Source: Candidatus Moraniibacteriota bacterium (GTDB lineage: Bacteria > Patescibacteriota > Minisyncoccia > Moranbacterales > UBA1568). Taken from it: DNA of 64,000 bases. This document shows, piece after piece, positions 17,898 to 28,070 of the stretch; the stretch's first letter is position 1, and the number at the start of each line of letters is the position of its first letter. Location of the stretch: contig JAUSGT010000002.1 in the NCBI GenBank assembly GCA_030648835.1, positions 501,458 to 565,457 of the forward strand, read 5' to 3'. The notes under the pieces were generated by a model. It saw only the letters and a program-made list of their open reading frames with translations. It was not told the DNA's origin and searched no databases. A program made the position numbers and the translations under genes.

Positions 17898-19202
17898 ATG
17901 GATACGTCTTTAAAGGATTCCATAAAAGCAGAATATAACAAGAGATTTCCTCAAAAAAAGTTTATTCCTGGGGAATCGGTAGTGCCCGTTTCAGGGAAGA
18001 TTTTCGATGCACAAGAAATGATTGGAATGACCGAGGCTGTTTTGGAAGGCTGGTGGACTGAGGGCCACGTTGCCGAGGAATTCGAGAAGAAATTGGCTGA
18101 ATTTGTCGGAGTGAAATTCTGTACCACGGTCAACTCGGGTTCTTCCGCCAACTTGACTGCCTTCACCGCCTTGACTTCGCCTTGGCTTGGAGAAAAAAGA
18201 ATCAAAGCGGGTGATGAAGTGATCACAATCGCGGCGAGCTTTCCGACAACTGTCAACCCCATTATTCAAAACGGGTGTGTTCCCGTGTTCGTCGATATCG
18301 AGATGAAGACCCTCTCTATCGATACCTCGCAGATGAAGAAAGCCTTGAGTAAGAAGACACGCGCGGTGATGGTGGCTCATACTTTGGGAAATCCTTTCGA
18401 GGTGAAAAAAGTCCGAGATTTTTGTAAAAAACATCGTCTCTGGTTTATCGAAGATAATTGTGATGGTCTTGGTAGCGAATATGACGGGCAAAGAACCGGT
18501 TCTTTCGGCGATATTTCGACACTCAGCTTTTATCCGGCACATCATATCAGTACTGGTGAAGGGGGCGCTATCTTCACGAACAACGCTCTGCTTCACAAGG
18601 CCATTCGGTCTATCCGTGACTGGGGAAGGGATTGCTGGTGCCCGACGGGGAAAGAAAATACCTGCGGAGTGCGTTTCAATTGGAAACTAGGCGAATTGCC
18701 TCAGGGCTATGATCATAAATATATTTATTCCCATATCGGTTATAACCTCAAGATGACCGATATTCAGGCCGCTTGCGGATTGGCTCAGCTGAAAAAATTG
18801 GACTCATTCATACGGCAGAGGCGAGAGAATTATGCCTCTTTGCGGAAAAAGTTAGCCAAGTTCCATACGTACTTCGATATCGTCGAAGCAACAGAGAAGA
18901 GTAAGCCCAGTTGGTTTGGGCTATTGCTTACTTTGAAAGATGACTGCGGTTTTCAGCGCAAGGACTTCACGCAATACTTGAATACCAAGAAAATAGGCAC
19001 CCGTCTTCTTTTTGCTGGCAATATCACCAAACAACCGTATTTTATCAACTATCAGGTACCCTATCGCAAGATTGGAGATCTCAAGAATACGGATAAAGTG
19101 ATGAACCAAACACTCTGGCTTGGGGTGTATCCGGGCATAACTGAAGAAATGATTGATTGGATTGCCCAATCCTTTGAAGATTACTTTGAACAGTTCAAAT
19201 AA
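17898..19202 (+). CDS. rfbH: CDP-4-keto-6-deoxyglucose 3-dehydratase E1 (RfbH/DdhC)
   Basis: NSGSSANL, AHTLGNPF, EDNCD, SFYPAHH (His in place of the PLP Lys), WGRDCWC...NTC Fe-S motif, YDHKY.YSH.GYNLK. Confidence 0.93.
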   Translation: MDTSLKDSIKAEYNKRFPQKKFIPGESVVPVSGKIFDAQEMIGMTEAVLEGWWTEGHVAEEFEKKLAEFVGVKFCTTVNSGSSANLTAFTALTSPWLGEKRIKAGDEVITIAASFPTTVNPIIQNGCVPVFVDIEMKTLSIDTSQMKKALSKKTRAVMVAHTLGNPFEVKKVRDFCKKHRLWFIEDNCDGLGSEYDGQRTGSFGDISTLSFYPAHHISTGEGGAIFTNNALLHKAIRSIRDWGRDCWCPTGKENTCGVRFNWKLGELPQGYDHKYIYSHIGYNLKMTDIQAACGLAQLKKLDSFIRQRRENYASLRKKLAKFHTYFDIVEATEKSKPSWFGLLLTLKDDCGFQRKDFTQYLNTKKIGTRLLFAGNITKQPYFINYQVPYRKIGDLKNTDKVMNQTLWLGVYPGITEEMIDWIAQSFEDYFEQFK

Positions 19203-19207
19203 AAAAT

Positions 19208-20977
19208 ATGAAAGCATCAGATTATATTATTGATTTTATTCATGAACAAGGCATTGATCATGTTTTCGGCTATATCGGAGGGGCCATTACTCACTTGGTA
19301 GATTCCATGGATAAGTCAACGACCGTCAAATATATTCAGGTGTATCACGAGCAGACAGCGGCATTGGCAGCCGAAGGGTACGCAAAAAATTCCGGAAAAA
19401 CAGGCGTAGCCATGGCAACGAGTGGTCCCGGCGCTACCAATCTCATGACAGGAATAGCGGATGCCTATTTCGATTCCATCCCGACCGTCTTTATCACCGG
19501 CCAGGTCAACACGTACGAATTCAAATATGACAAGCCGATCAGACAGCAGGGATTCCAGGAGACGGATATCGTAAGCATCGTCCAATCAATTACCAAGTAC
19601 GCCACTATCGTCAGTGACCCGAAAAAAATCCGCTATGAGCTTGAGAAAGCGTTTTATATGGCCAAGGAGGGCAGGCCGGGGCCGGTAGTCATCGATATTC
19701 CTATGGATATCCAAAGAACGGACATTGATCCTGAAAAACTTGAGGGTTTCAGCCCAGAGAAAGAAGGGACGCAGGCCGAAGAGGTTTCTGAGGAAGCTTT
19801 TCAGGAAATTATCGCCCTGCTCAAGCGAAGCAAGCGGCCTATCATACTTGCCGGAGGCGGGATTATTCGCGGAAAAGCGGAAAAAGAACTCCTGCAATTT
19901 GCAAAAAATAACCATATTCCTGTAGTCGCGTCACTCATGGGCAAGGGGTGTTTCCCCGAAAATGATGATTTATTCGTGGGTGTTATTGGCGCTTACGGGA
20001 ATCGTTGTGCCAACATCACACTGGCAAATGCTGACCTCTTGTTCGCGCTCGGCTCGAGAATGGACACGAGACAGATCGGTACGCTATTAAAAAGTTTTTT
20101 ACGGGGTGGAAAGATTATTCATATTGATTTGGATAAGAATGAGATTGAATACCACCGGCTTGAAGGCAGGATAAAAATAAGAGCTGACGTAAAAATTTTC
20201 TTGGAAAAGATGAACAATCATCAGGATGCGAAAGAAGCGCAGGAAGAATGGCTCAGTTACATGAGAAAAATCAGAGAAAAGTATTCTCAAGTCAAGGAAG
20301 TTGAAAAGAATTGTGCCAATAAGCTTCCTTACGAAATGATATGGCTCATCGATAAAAATGCCAAAGAAGACCAGATCTATTGCGTGGATGTCGGGCAGAA
20401 CCAGATGTTTGCCTTCCAAGCGCTTCAAATACGCGCTGGTCAGAAATTCTTTACCAGCGGCGGATTGGCACCCATGGGTTGTGCTGTACCATTTGCCGTG
20501 GGGGCGAGTTTTAGCGATGAGAAGAAAAAGAACATCGTGGTTATTACCGGGGACGGTGGACTCCATATATCCGTCCAGGCTCTGATGCTTATTTCCCAAT
20601 ACGATTTACCTATTAAAGTCGTCGTACTGAACAACTATGCTCTGGGTATGATCACTCAGTTTCAGGATCTCTATTTCGACAAAAAAAAGGTGGGTACAAC
20701 AAAAAAGGGCGGCTATGTGGTTCCGAATTTCAAAGCTCTCGCCAGAGCCTACCACCTTCCCTATTACAGGATCGATAAGAAAAACCTCGCAACGTACGGT
20801 GAAATAGTAGGAAAACCCGGACCATGTTTTATAGAGGTCGTCATTCGCGGAACAACGGAGGTCTATCCAAAATTGGAAGTGAATAATCCCATTGAAGATA
20901 TTAGCCCAAAACTCAGCCGGGAAGAGTTAAAGGAAAGTATGATCATCGATCCGATCAGCACTGAAGCCGCCTTCTAA
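19208..20977 (+). CDS. thiamine-diphosphate enzyme of the acetolactate synthase family, YerE-like by context
   Basis: HEQ.A..AAEGY, TSGPGATN, GFQE, GDGG...N TPP motif; directly after rfbH. Confidence 0.85.
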   Translation: MKASDYIIDFIHEQGIDHVFGYIGGAITHLVDSMDKSTTVKYIQVYHEQTAALAAEGYAKNSGKTGVAMATSGPGATNLMTGIADAYFDSIPTVFITGQVNTYEFKYDKPIRQQGFQETDIVSIVQSITKYATIVSDPKKIRYELEKAFYMAKEGRPGPVVIDIPMDIQRTDIDPEKLEGFSPEKEGTQAEEVSEEAFQEIIALLKRSKRPIILAGGGIIRGKAEKELLQFAKNNHIPVVASLMGKGCFPENDDLFVGVIGAYGNRCANITLANADLLFALGSRMDTRQIGTLLKSFLRGGKIIHIDLDKNEIEYHRLEGRIKIRADVKIFLEKMNNHQDAKEAQEEWLSYMRKIREKYSQVKEVEKNCANKLPYEMIWLIDKNAKEDQIYCVDVGQNQMFAFQALQIRAGQKFFTSGGLAPMGCAVPFAVGASFSDEKKKNIVVITGDGGLHISVQALMLISQYDLPIKVVVLNNYALGMITQFQDLYFDKKKVGTTKKGGYVVPNFKALARAYHLPYYRIDKKNLATYGEIVGKPGPCFIEVVIRGTTEVYPKLEVNNPIEDISPKLSREELKESMIIDPISTEAAF

Positions 20978-21026
20978 CTACCCATTCCTATTTACCGGTA
21001 ATGAAATACAGGCAGTTGAACATCAT

Positions 21027-21953
21027 ATGAGAAATATAGCCATACTGGGTGCTACAGGATATATTGGAAAGTCTTTGGTTCAGCACTTATCTAGACAAAA
21101 AGAAGATAAGTTTTTTTTATTTGCCAGATCACAGGAAAAGTTGAAAAAACTTTTGTATGTCACTGATCGTAATCCGCTATTTACCACCGGATCATTCCAG
21201 AAATTTTCTGCCGGCCACTATGATGTTGTGATAAATTGTGTTGGGATGGGTAATCCGAATGAGGTAAGGAAGTCAGGAATGAAAATTATTCAAGTTACGG
21301 AAAAATTTGATAATTTGATTTTAAAATACTTAGAGAAGCACCCGAACACACTGTATATAAATTTGAGTAGCGGGGCAGTGTATGGAAAAATAATTGAGAA
21401 GCCTCTGGAAATTACTTCACAATCTGTTATCGACATAAACAACCTTGACTCTGGTGATTATTATGCTATCGCCAAAATGAACTCAGAGGCAAAGCACAGG
21501 GCATTGCCAAATTTCAATATTGTTGATATTAGGGTTTTTTCTTTTTTCAGCCATTTTATTGACTTATCTTCCGGTTATCTCCTGGCTGATATTATAAACT
21601 CTTTGCGGTATAAAAAGGAACTGATAACGAGTCCGGATGATATTATTCGTGATTATGTCGGTGCGGTCGAGCTTTGGGATCTGATGAAACTAATAATGAA
21701 AAAAAGAACGGCGAATGATGTCTTCGATATTTATAGCGCTAAGCCGGTATCGAAATTTGCATTGCTTAAATACTTAAAAAGAAGATACGGATTGCAATAC
21801 TCGATAGTGAAAACTTCTCGGAAACAAAGCCCTACCGGTATCAAAAAATTTTACTATTCAAAAAATAGAAAAGCCAAAAACATAGGCTATTCCCCAAAAA
21901 AAACTTCTTTAGAAATAGTTGATGATGAAATTAAGTACTGTTTACTCCCATGA
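21027..21953 (+). CDS. NAD(P)-dependent sugar epimerase/reductase (extended SDR)
   Basis: GATGYIG, SSGAVYG, YAIAK, RDYV. Confidence 0.85.
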   Translation: MRNIAILGATGYIGKSLVQHLSRQKEDKFFLFARSQEKLKKLLYVTDRNPLFTTGSFQKFSAGHYDVVINCVGMGNPNEVRKSGMKIIQVTEKFDNLILKYLEKHPNTLYINLSSGAVYGKIIEKPLEITSQSVIDINNLDSGDYYAIAKMNSEAKHRALPNFNIVDIRVFSFFSHFIDLSSGYLLADIINSLRYKKELITSPDDIIRDYVGAVELWDLMKLIMKKRTANDVFDIYSAKPVSKFALLKYLKRRYGLQYSIVKTSRKQSPTGIKKFYYSKNRKAKNIGYSPKKTSLEIVDDEIKYCLLP

Positions 21954-22648
21954 ACATCGAAAAATACTCGGAAGTAGCCCCCCAATATTACCAGGAGGAG
22001 GTTCCTCAACTTCTTGATAAGTACTTACTGAGTACCAAATTTTCGAATATTTTGGATTGTGGATGTGGGGATGGGCCTTTGCTGTATGCTCTCTGCAGGC
22101 GGGAGGATTTTGGCACAAAGAAAATATTTGCCATAGATCTCTCACAAAAACGAATAGAGCTGGTGAAAAAAATAAGCACCAATATTATTGCCACGGTGGA
22201 TAGCGCTGAAGAGATGGACACCATTGCTGACCAAAGCATCGATTTTTTCATCTCTACGCAAGTAATAGAACACGTAGATGACAAAAAAATGATAATGAAA
22301 ATAGCTGAAAAAGTGAAAAGCGGGGGAACAATCTATGTATCCACTGTATTTAAGAAGTGGTATGGCTGGTATTTCTACCGAAATCACGGAACGTGGGTTC
22401 TGGATCCGACTCATTTGAGAGAATACTCTTCCGATGAACAACTCTTGGACTTATTTGATAAGAGAGAATTTGTGTTGTTGGAGAACAGGAAACAACTGCA
22501 ATGGTTTCCTGTTTCTGATTTCTTCATAAAAAGATTGGGGTTGAAAGACAGGAAGCTATATGAAAATAGGCTTATGCAGATCATCCGAAAAGTGAAAATA
22601 CCGATTTTAGGCTATTATAATTGGGAAATTGTCATGAGAAGAGTATGA
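21950..22648 (+). CDS. class I SAM methyltransferase
   Basis: ILDCGCGDG, QVIEHV. Confidence 0.85.
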   Translation: MNIEKYSEVAPQYYQEEVPQLLDKYLLSTKFSNILDCGCGDGPLLYALCRREDFGTKKIFAIDLSQKRIELVKKISTNIIATVDSAEEMDTIADQSIDFFISTQVIEHVDDKKMIMKIAEKVKSGGTIYVSTVFKKWYGWYFYRNHGTWVLDPTHLREYSSDEQLLDLFDKREFVLLENRKQLQWFPVSDFFIKRLGLKDRKLYENRLMQIIRKVKIPILGYYNWEIVMRRV

Positions 22649-23700
22649 TGTCTGGCCAAGAACCATTGACAATAAGCGTGGTTATTCCGACGTATAATAT
22701 GGCGCATGTTATTGGTGATACGATCAAGAGCGTCCTCAATCAGTCATACGGAAATTTTGAAATAATCGTTCAAGATAATGATTCTCAGGATAATACCGCG
22801 ACCGTAATCCGATCTTTTGCCGATCCTAGGATCAAATACTTCAAAAACAGCGCTAATCTCGGGTATGCCAAAAATCTTATTGCCGGATGGAAAAATTGCA
22901 CTGGTGATATTCTCTATTTCTTGGGGGCGGATGATGTATTATCAAAAAACGCTCTCAAAGAAACAAGCGCGGCTTTTATGAGAGATGAAAACATCGGAGC
23001 GGTGACGCGGTCGTATTTCTGGTTTCAAGGCTCTACAGAGCATATACGGACTCCGATAAGGGTAACCCCGATACTCAATGAACATCAGGATGAAACAATT
23101 GATATTCATAATATTCAAAAAGCGATGTATGTTATGCATAATGAGATTTTGGGTCAGTTATCAGGCCTGGCTTTTCGGATACAATACTTACAAGAGAGTT
23201 TCTTCACCAGAGAGAACAATTGGATAGCGCATGGATACCCGTTTCTTCATATTTTTAAAAAGCACCCGGTAGTTTTTTTGAAAAATCATCAGGTAGCGGT
23301 GAGAATAGGGGAAAACACGATACGACAAAAAGGGAATACGTTCTATCTCATATCGCCCACAAAACGGTGGATCGAAATGCTGGACGAAATATTGTATGAA
23401 GATGAATTTAAGGAATTAAAAACATGTTTCATTAAAAAAATTATTGCTTCCAATTACGTTGGTCTGGTTCAAATCAAATCCTACGCGGGTATGTATTTCC
23501 TCCTCCGAGAAATTGGTTATTTGCTGAAATATAGGATATCAAATATCTTGAGTGTCAGATTCTGGTTTTTTTCTCTGGGGAGCATAGTGGTTCCCGGCTT
23601 TCTTTTGGGGAGAATGGCTGACTACTACAAAAATCGAATCAACAGTAAAATTATGAAGGAAATTCATTTTGAGTACGATCTAAGCAGTAAACAAACATAA
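22645..23700 (+). CDS. GT2 glycosyltransferase
   Basis: SVVIPTYN, QDNDSQD, NLGYAKN, LGADD. Confidence 0.88.
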   Translation: MMSGQEPLTISVVIPTYNMAHVIGDTIKSVLNQSYGNFEIIVQDNDSQDNTATVIRSFADPRIKYFKNSANLGYAKNLIAGWKNCTGDILYFLGADDVLSKNALKETSAAFMRDENIGAVTRSYFWFQGSTEHIRTPIRVTPILNEHQDETIDIHNIQKAMYVMHNEILGQLSGLAFRIQYLQESFFTRENNWIAHGYPFLHIFKKHPVVFLKNHQVAVRIGENTIRQKGNTFYLISPTKRWIEMLDEILYEDEFKELKTCFIKKIIASNYVGLVQIKSYAGMYFLLREIGYLLKYRISNILSVRFWFFSLGSIVVPGFLLGRMADYYKNRINSKIMKEIHFEYDLSSKQT

Positions 23701-23704
23701 TAGT

Positions 23705-24613
23705 ATGGGATTGACCTCATCCAATTTGAAATTTATCCTAAAGAAAAGCAAGAAGTATGCATTTACCGGCCCTCTTCTGACTTTTGGAAATCAGGATATC
23801 TATGCCACTGCGGAGAATATCAGGCGTTGGGCGAAAGAAGACGATATTCTTTTGTCTCAACCAGAGAAGATTCTGCTTTCGACGAGCGGAGATGTGCCTA
23901 CCATCAACAAAGAGGCGAAAGAGTATATCCATGCCAAAACTTTCTTTGAATTTTTGGGGATCCGAGAAGCTGACTATTACGACATTGACAAATTTGATTT
24001 TGATCGGCCCAAGATCATTCACGACCTGCAGTACCCGGTTGATGCCAAGTATCATGATTTTTTCAATCTTATTGTAGATAGTGGAACATTGGAGCATATC
24101 TTTGACGTGAGAGCGGTGATGGAAAATACCGTGAAAATGACCAAAGTAGGGGGGTATGTGCTGCAATTTATACCCGCTCAAAACTTCTTGAATCACGGAT
24201 TCTATCAATTTTCCCCGACATTTTTTTATGACTTTTTTACAGCCAATGGCTTCGAAATCGTTGAATCTTATCTGATAGAAGTCCGAGGCAGATCGGACAG
24301 ATACCACTCATATGATCAGGAAAAAGATTATACGGGGGTATTTTTCAATCCGCGGAACCGACTGGTGAATTGCTTTCTCTCGAGAAAGGTCAAAAAGGTG
24401 GATCACATAGAACTTCCTGATCAATTCTTTTACAAAAAGCTGGCCGAAGATACGAAAAAAGTTGCACAAGATTTCCGGAAGTCCGGGTTCGACAAGGTAA
24501 GCACGTATTTTCGCTCCTTGATCCCCATCAGATTTCACGGCTTATTTTTTGGATTGTATACGTTTTTGAAAAGGATGTCGTCAAAAAGAAAGTACATTGA
24601 TATAAGAAAATAG
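23705..24613 (+). CDS. SAM methyltransferase-like protein
   Basis: DSGTLEHIFD, K.GG, HGFYQFSP. Confidence 0.65.
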   Translation: MGLTSSNLKFILKKSKKYAFTGPLLTFGNQDIYATAENIRRWAKEDDILLSQPEKILLSTSGDVPTINKEAKEYIHAKTFFEFLGIREADYYDIDKFDFDRPKIIHDLQYPVDAKYHDFFNLIVDSGTLEHIFDVRAVMENTVKMTKVGGYVLQFIPAQNFLNHGFYQFSPTFFYDFFTANGFEIVESYLIEVRGRSDRYHSYDQEKDYTGVFFNPRNRLVNCFLSRKVKKVDHIELPDQFFYKKLAEDTKKVAQDFRKSGFDKVSTYFRSLIPIRFHGLFFGLYTFLKRMSSKRKYIDIRK

Positions 24614-24614
24614 T

Positions 24615-25838
24615 ATGGAGAACAATGTTCCTCATCTGGCTAAGAAAAAAATAATTTTCATAGCCAATCTTGATACCGGCCAAGGGATGAGCGGTGGGAG
24701 TAGAATCTATTTCGAGTTGCTGAAAAAAATTCCCGAGAATTTTGAGACTTTTTTCTTTGGTTCTCGTGGTACTATCAAACGCCTACAGCAGGAGAACGTG
24801 AAGAATACTACGTTTTTTGAGACGGATAAAAGTGATAAAACGAATCTCTATTCATTGTTTGGTGTTTTCTATCACTCTCTCACAAGGCTTATTAAAGGTA
24901 TTAGTATTGTGAGAAAAGAAAAAGACATAATAGAGAACGCAAACTACGTATTTTCGACTTCAGACTTTCTGCCTGATGTTATTCCGGCGATATTTCTCAA
25001 ATGGAAGCAGCCTCACACAAAATGGATTGCGGCTTTTTATTTTTTTGCACCAAAGCCGTGGCAGAAGGTCAATCCTTACGCGACTTCTATTGCCAGAAGA
25101 ATCATGGGAGTTGGATATTGGCTGACACAGTTACTCAGCTATTGGTTGATAAGAAAATGGGCTGATTTGGTTATTTCCTGTAATGAACTTGACAGGAAAA
25201 TTTTCACACAGGAGGGATTCCCCGCAGAAAAAATCATATCAATCTATGGGGGGGTGGATCTGGATTTTATAAATAGTGTTCCGGCTCCGCAGGAAAAGAG
25301 CTACGACGCTGTATTTATGGCTCGCTTTCATCCCCAGAAAGGACCTTTGACAGCCGTACGGGCTTGGGAAGAGGTTGTGAGAAGTATGCCGCATGCCCAA
25401 TTGGTGATGATTGGCAATGGTTCGGAAGAAGCTCAAGTCATTTCTTTTATTAAAGAAAAACATCTGGAGCAAAATATCACATTGGTAGGCTTTAAGGATG
25501 GAGTAGAGAAGTATACTCTTCTAAAATCCGCTAAAATTTTCCTCCACTCAGCTATTTATGAAACCGGTGGGATGGCGGCAGCCGAAGGCATGGCATGTGG
25601 GCTTCCGGTGGTTGCTTTTGACCAAGAAGGTTTTGAGTATTGCTATCCACAGGGGCTCTTAGCAGTGTCTCCTATAGGGGATTATCGCAAAATGGCGGAG
25701 GCAGTCCTGCAACTGTTGTATAACGAAGAAAAATATAGTACCCTTAAGAACGATGCTCTGGAGCTCGTTTCACGGGAATGGGATTGGAAGAAAAGGGTCT
25801 CTTTTATTCTGGATAAAATGAGAAATTTAGGAGATTAA
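24615..25838 (+). CDS. GT4 glycosyltransferase
   Basis: SGG, ARFHPQKG, YETGGMAAAEGMACGLPVV. Confidence 0.9.
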   Translation: MENNVPHLAKKKIIFIANLDTGQGMSGGSRIYFELLKKIPENFETFFFGSRGTIKRLQQENVKNTTFFETDKSDKTNLYSLFGVFYHSLTRLIKGISIVRKEKDIIENANYVFSTSDFLPDVIPAIFLKWKQPHTKWIAAFYFFAPKPWQKVNPYATSIARRIMGVGYWLTQLLSYWLIRKWADLVISCNELDRKIFTQEGFPAEKIISIYGGVDLDFINSVPAPQEKSYDAVFMARFHPQKGPLTAVRAWEEVVRSMPHAQLVMIGNGSEEAQVISFIKEKHLEQNITLVGFKDGVEKYTLLKSAKIFLHSAIYETGGMAAAEGMACGLPVVAFDQEGFEYCYPQGLLAVSPIGDYRKMAEAVLQLLYNEEKYSTLKNDALELVSREWDWKKRVSFILDKMRNLGD

Positions 25839-25857
25839 TTGGTTTAACTGTTTTTGT

Positions 25858-27105
25858 ATGAAAAGGCAACCGGTAAAAATAGCCAAGCACTGCAGAACAT
25901 GCAAATCGTCGGATTTGGAGAAGATTCTCTCATTAGGCGATATGCCGATGGTGAATAATTTTTTGACTTCGTACCAGTTAGATCAGCCTGAATTGAAGTT
26001 TCCTTTGACAGTCGTTTTTTGTCCGAAGTGCGGTATGGTCGAGACACTGGAAGTGGTGAATCCATCTCTCATGTATACCAACTACGTCTATATCTCGACA
26101 TTCTCCAAAACTATGGCCGATCACTTTGATACGTTGGCCAAGTCGCTTATAGAGCGATTCGGGATGACATCGCGTTCATTGGTGGTAGAGATGGGGAGCA
26201 ACGACGGACTTTTTTTGAAAAAGTTCAAGAAATACGGTGTAAAGGTCCTGGGTGTGGATCCTGCCAAAAACCTTGCGAAAATCGCCAATCAGGAAGGTAT
26301 CGAAACTTTAGATACATTTTTCAGCAAGAAGATCGCCGGTAAAATCGTCAAAGAAAAAGGTCGGGCCTCTCTGGTAATCGGCACCAACGTGTTCGCACAT
26401 ATCGATGATCTTGACGACGTTCTGAAAGGTTTGAATACCGTTTTGAAAAAAGATGGTATTTTTGTTGCAGAATTTCCCTACCTTGTTGATCTGGTTTCCG
26501 GCGTGCAATTCGATACTATCTATCATGAGCACCTGAGTTACTTTTCGATGAAACCATTGGCGCACCTGTTCAATCGTTTCGATCTGGAACTTTTTGATGT
26601 GGAACGAACCCCGGTACATGGCGGATCGGTGATAATCTATGTGAAAAGAAAGGGGATAAAATCGGCGCAAACTGCGCGGCTGAAGCGTTTGTTGGCGGAA
26701 GAGGAAAGGCTAGGAATCCACAAGAAGAAGACTCTTGATGTGTTCGCAAAAAAAGTGCTCGTTATCAAAAGGGATCTCAACAAGCTTCTTGCCAGCTTGA
26801 AGAAAAGAAAAAAGAAGGTTGTGGGTTTTGGAGCTCCGGCCAAAGGCAACATTCTTCTCAACTACTGCGGCATTGATGGCAAACTCATTGATTACTTGAC
26901 GGACAACATCCCGTACAAGCATGGGCTCTATGCGCCAGGAACACATTTGCAAGTTTTCCCAGAGGAGAGAGTAGCGGAAGAACAGCCGGATTATCTCCTT
27001 CTTCTTCCATGGAATTTTAAAAAAGAAATACTTCGTAAGTTGGGGAATTATAGAAAAAAGGGTGGGAAGATTATCATTCCTGTACCAAAAGTTGAAATCA
27101 TTTAG
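25858..27105 (+). CDS. NDP-sugar C-methyltransferase (Zn-ribbon, TcaB9/NovU-like)
   Basis: CxxC...CxxC, EMGSNDG, NVFAH, FDTIYHEH..YF, HGGS, GAPAKG, LLLPWNF. Confidence 0.9.
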   Translation: MKRQPVKIAKHCRTCKSSDLEKILSLGDMPMVNNFLTSYQLDQPELKFPLTVVFCPKCGMVETLEVVNPSLMYTNYVYISTFSKTMADHFDTLAKSLIERFGMTSRSLVVEMGSNDGLFLKKFKKYGVKVLGVDPAKNLAKIANQEGIETLDTFFSKKIAGKIVKEKGRASLVIGTNVFAHIDDLDDVLKGLNTVLKKDGIFVAEFPYLVDLVSGVQFDTIYHEHLSYFSMKPLAHLFNRFDLELFDVERTPVHGGSVIIYVKRKGIKSAQTARLKRLLAEEERLGIHKKKTLDVFAKKVLVIKRDLNKLLASLKKRKKKVVGFGAPAKGNILLNYCGIDGKLIDYLTDNIPYKHGLYAPGTHLQVFPEERVAEEQPDYLLLLPWNFKKEILRKLGNYRKKGGKIIIPVPKVEII

Positions 27106-27139
27106 AAGTAAAAAATTCAAGGTATAAAAATTTGCTGCA

Positions 27140-28069
27140 ATGAGCGAGCTTAAGTGTAAAGTATGTGTTTCCTCGAGTAACCGTAAGCTATTTACTTCAA
27201 AAAATGTTCATGGCCGGCATCTTTTGGGGGACGAGAAGTTCTCGGTCATTGAATGTTTGAAGTGCAAGACTGTCTTCACGGATGTCGTCGTCGATGCCGG
27301 TTATTATAAGAAGTATTATCTTGAGGACTATTATGATCCTACGTCAGCAACGGATAACGTTGTAGCACGAGCTGTTTTGGGATGGGTGGATTTCTTGGGA
27401 CACTGGCGTCGCATGAGGACAATAAAAAAATTCGCGCAAAAAGGGAAAAAGTTATTGGAAATAGGCTGTGGACGTGGCGCATTTCTGGCTCGATTACCGA
27501 AGTACTTTGAGAAGTACGGGGTGGAAATCAATGACGACGGCGTTTCTTACATCAAGGCGCATTATCCGGATGTGACGGTATACGGCGAGAAAATCGACTT
27601 GCCCGGATTTTCGGGAAATCGGAAGTATGATGTGATTATAATGTGGCATGTTTTGGAGCATATTGACGATCCGAATAGTTTTTTTCAGGCCTTGAGAGGA
27701 CTCCTCGCCCCGAATGGCGTTTTCATCTGTGATATACCGAACAGAGATAGCTTGGGGTTTACCATTACAAAGAGCAATTGGTTTCATCTTGACACGCCGA
27801 GGCACCTTTTCTTTTATAATTATACAAGCCTCAGGGCGTTACTTAAGAGACATCAATTAGAAATAATTTCTTTTTCGGCTGATCCTTACTATTACTTTCA
27901 TGATTTATCTGCCAGTTTCTATGGAAAGTTTAAATGCAATAATCGGTTTATCAATAGAGCGCTGTTTATTCTCATTGTGCCACCGATGCTGGTAGTGAGA
28001 TTTATCATTTCGATACTTCTGCCCCGAAAGGCAGAAATAAATACATATGTAATTGCTCACTCGAATTAG
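27140..28069 (+). CDS. class I SAM methyltransferase with N-terminal Cys pairs
   Basis: CKVC...CLKC, LLEIGCGRG, WHVLEH, PRHL. Confidence 0.85.
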   Translation: MSELKCKVCVSSSNRKLFTSKNVHGRHLLGDEKFSVIECLKCKTVFTDVVVDAGYYKKYYLEDYYDPTSATDNVVARAVLGWVDFLGHWRRMRTIKKFAQKGKKLLEIGCGRGAFLARLPKYFEKYGVEINDDGVSYIKAHYPDVTVYGEKIDLPGFSGNRKYDVIIMWHVLEHIDDPNSFFQALRGLLAPNGVFICDIPNRDSLGFTITKSNWFHLDTPRHLFFYNYTSLRALLKRHQLEIISFSADPYYYFHDLSASFYGKFKCNNRFINRALFILIVPPMLVVRFIISILLPRKAEINTYVIAHSN

Positions 28070-28070
28070 T

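Noticed and set aside
19208-20977. ilvB (branched-chain amino acid synthesis)
   Set aside because: No ilvN, ilvC or ilvD nearby; its position between rfbH and an SDR fits a YerE-like role better.
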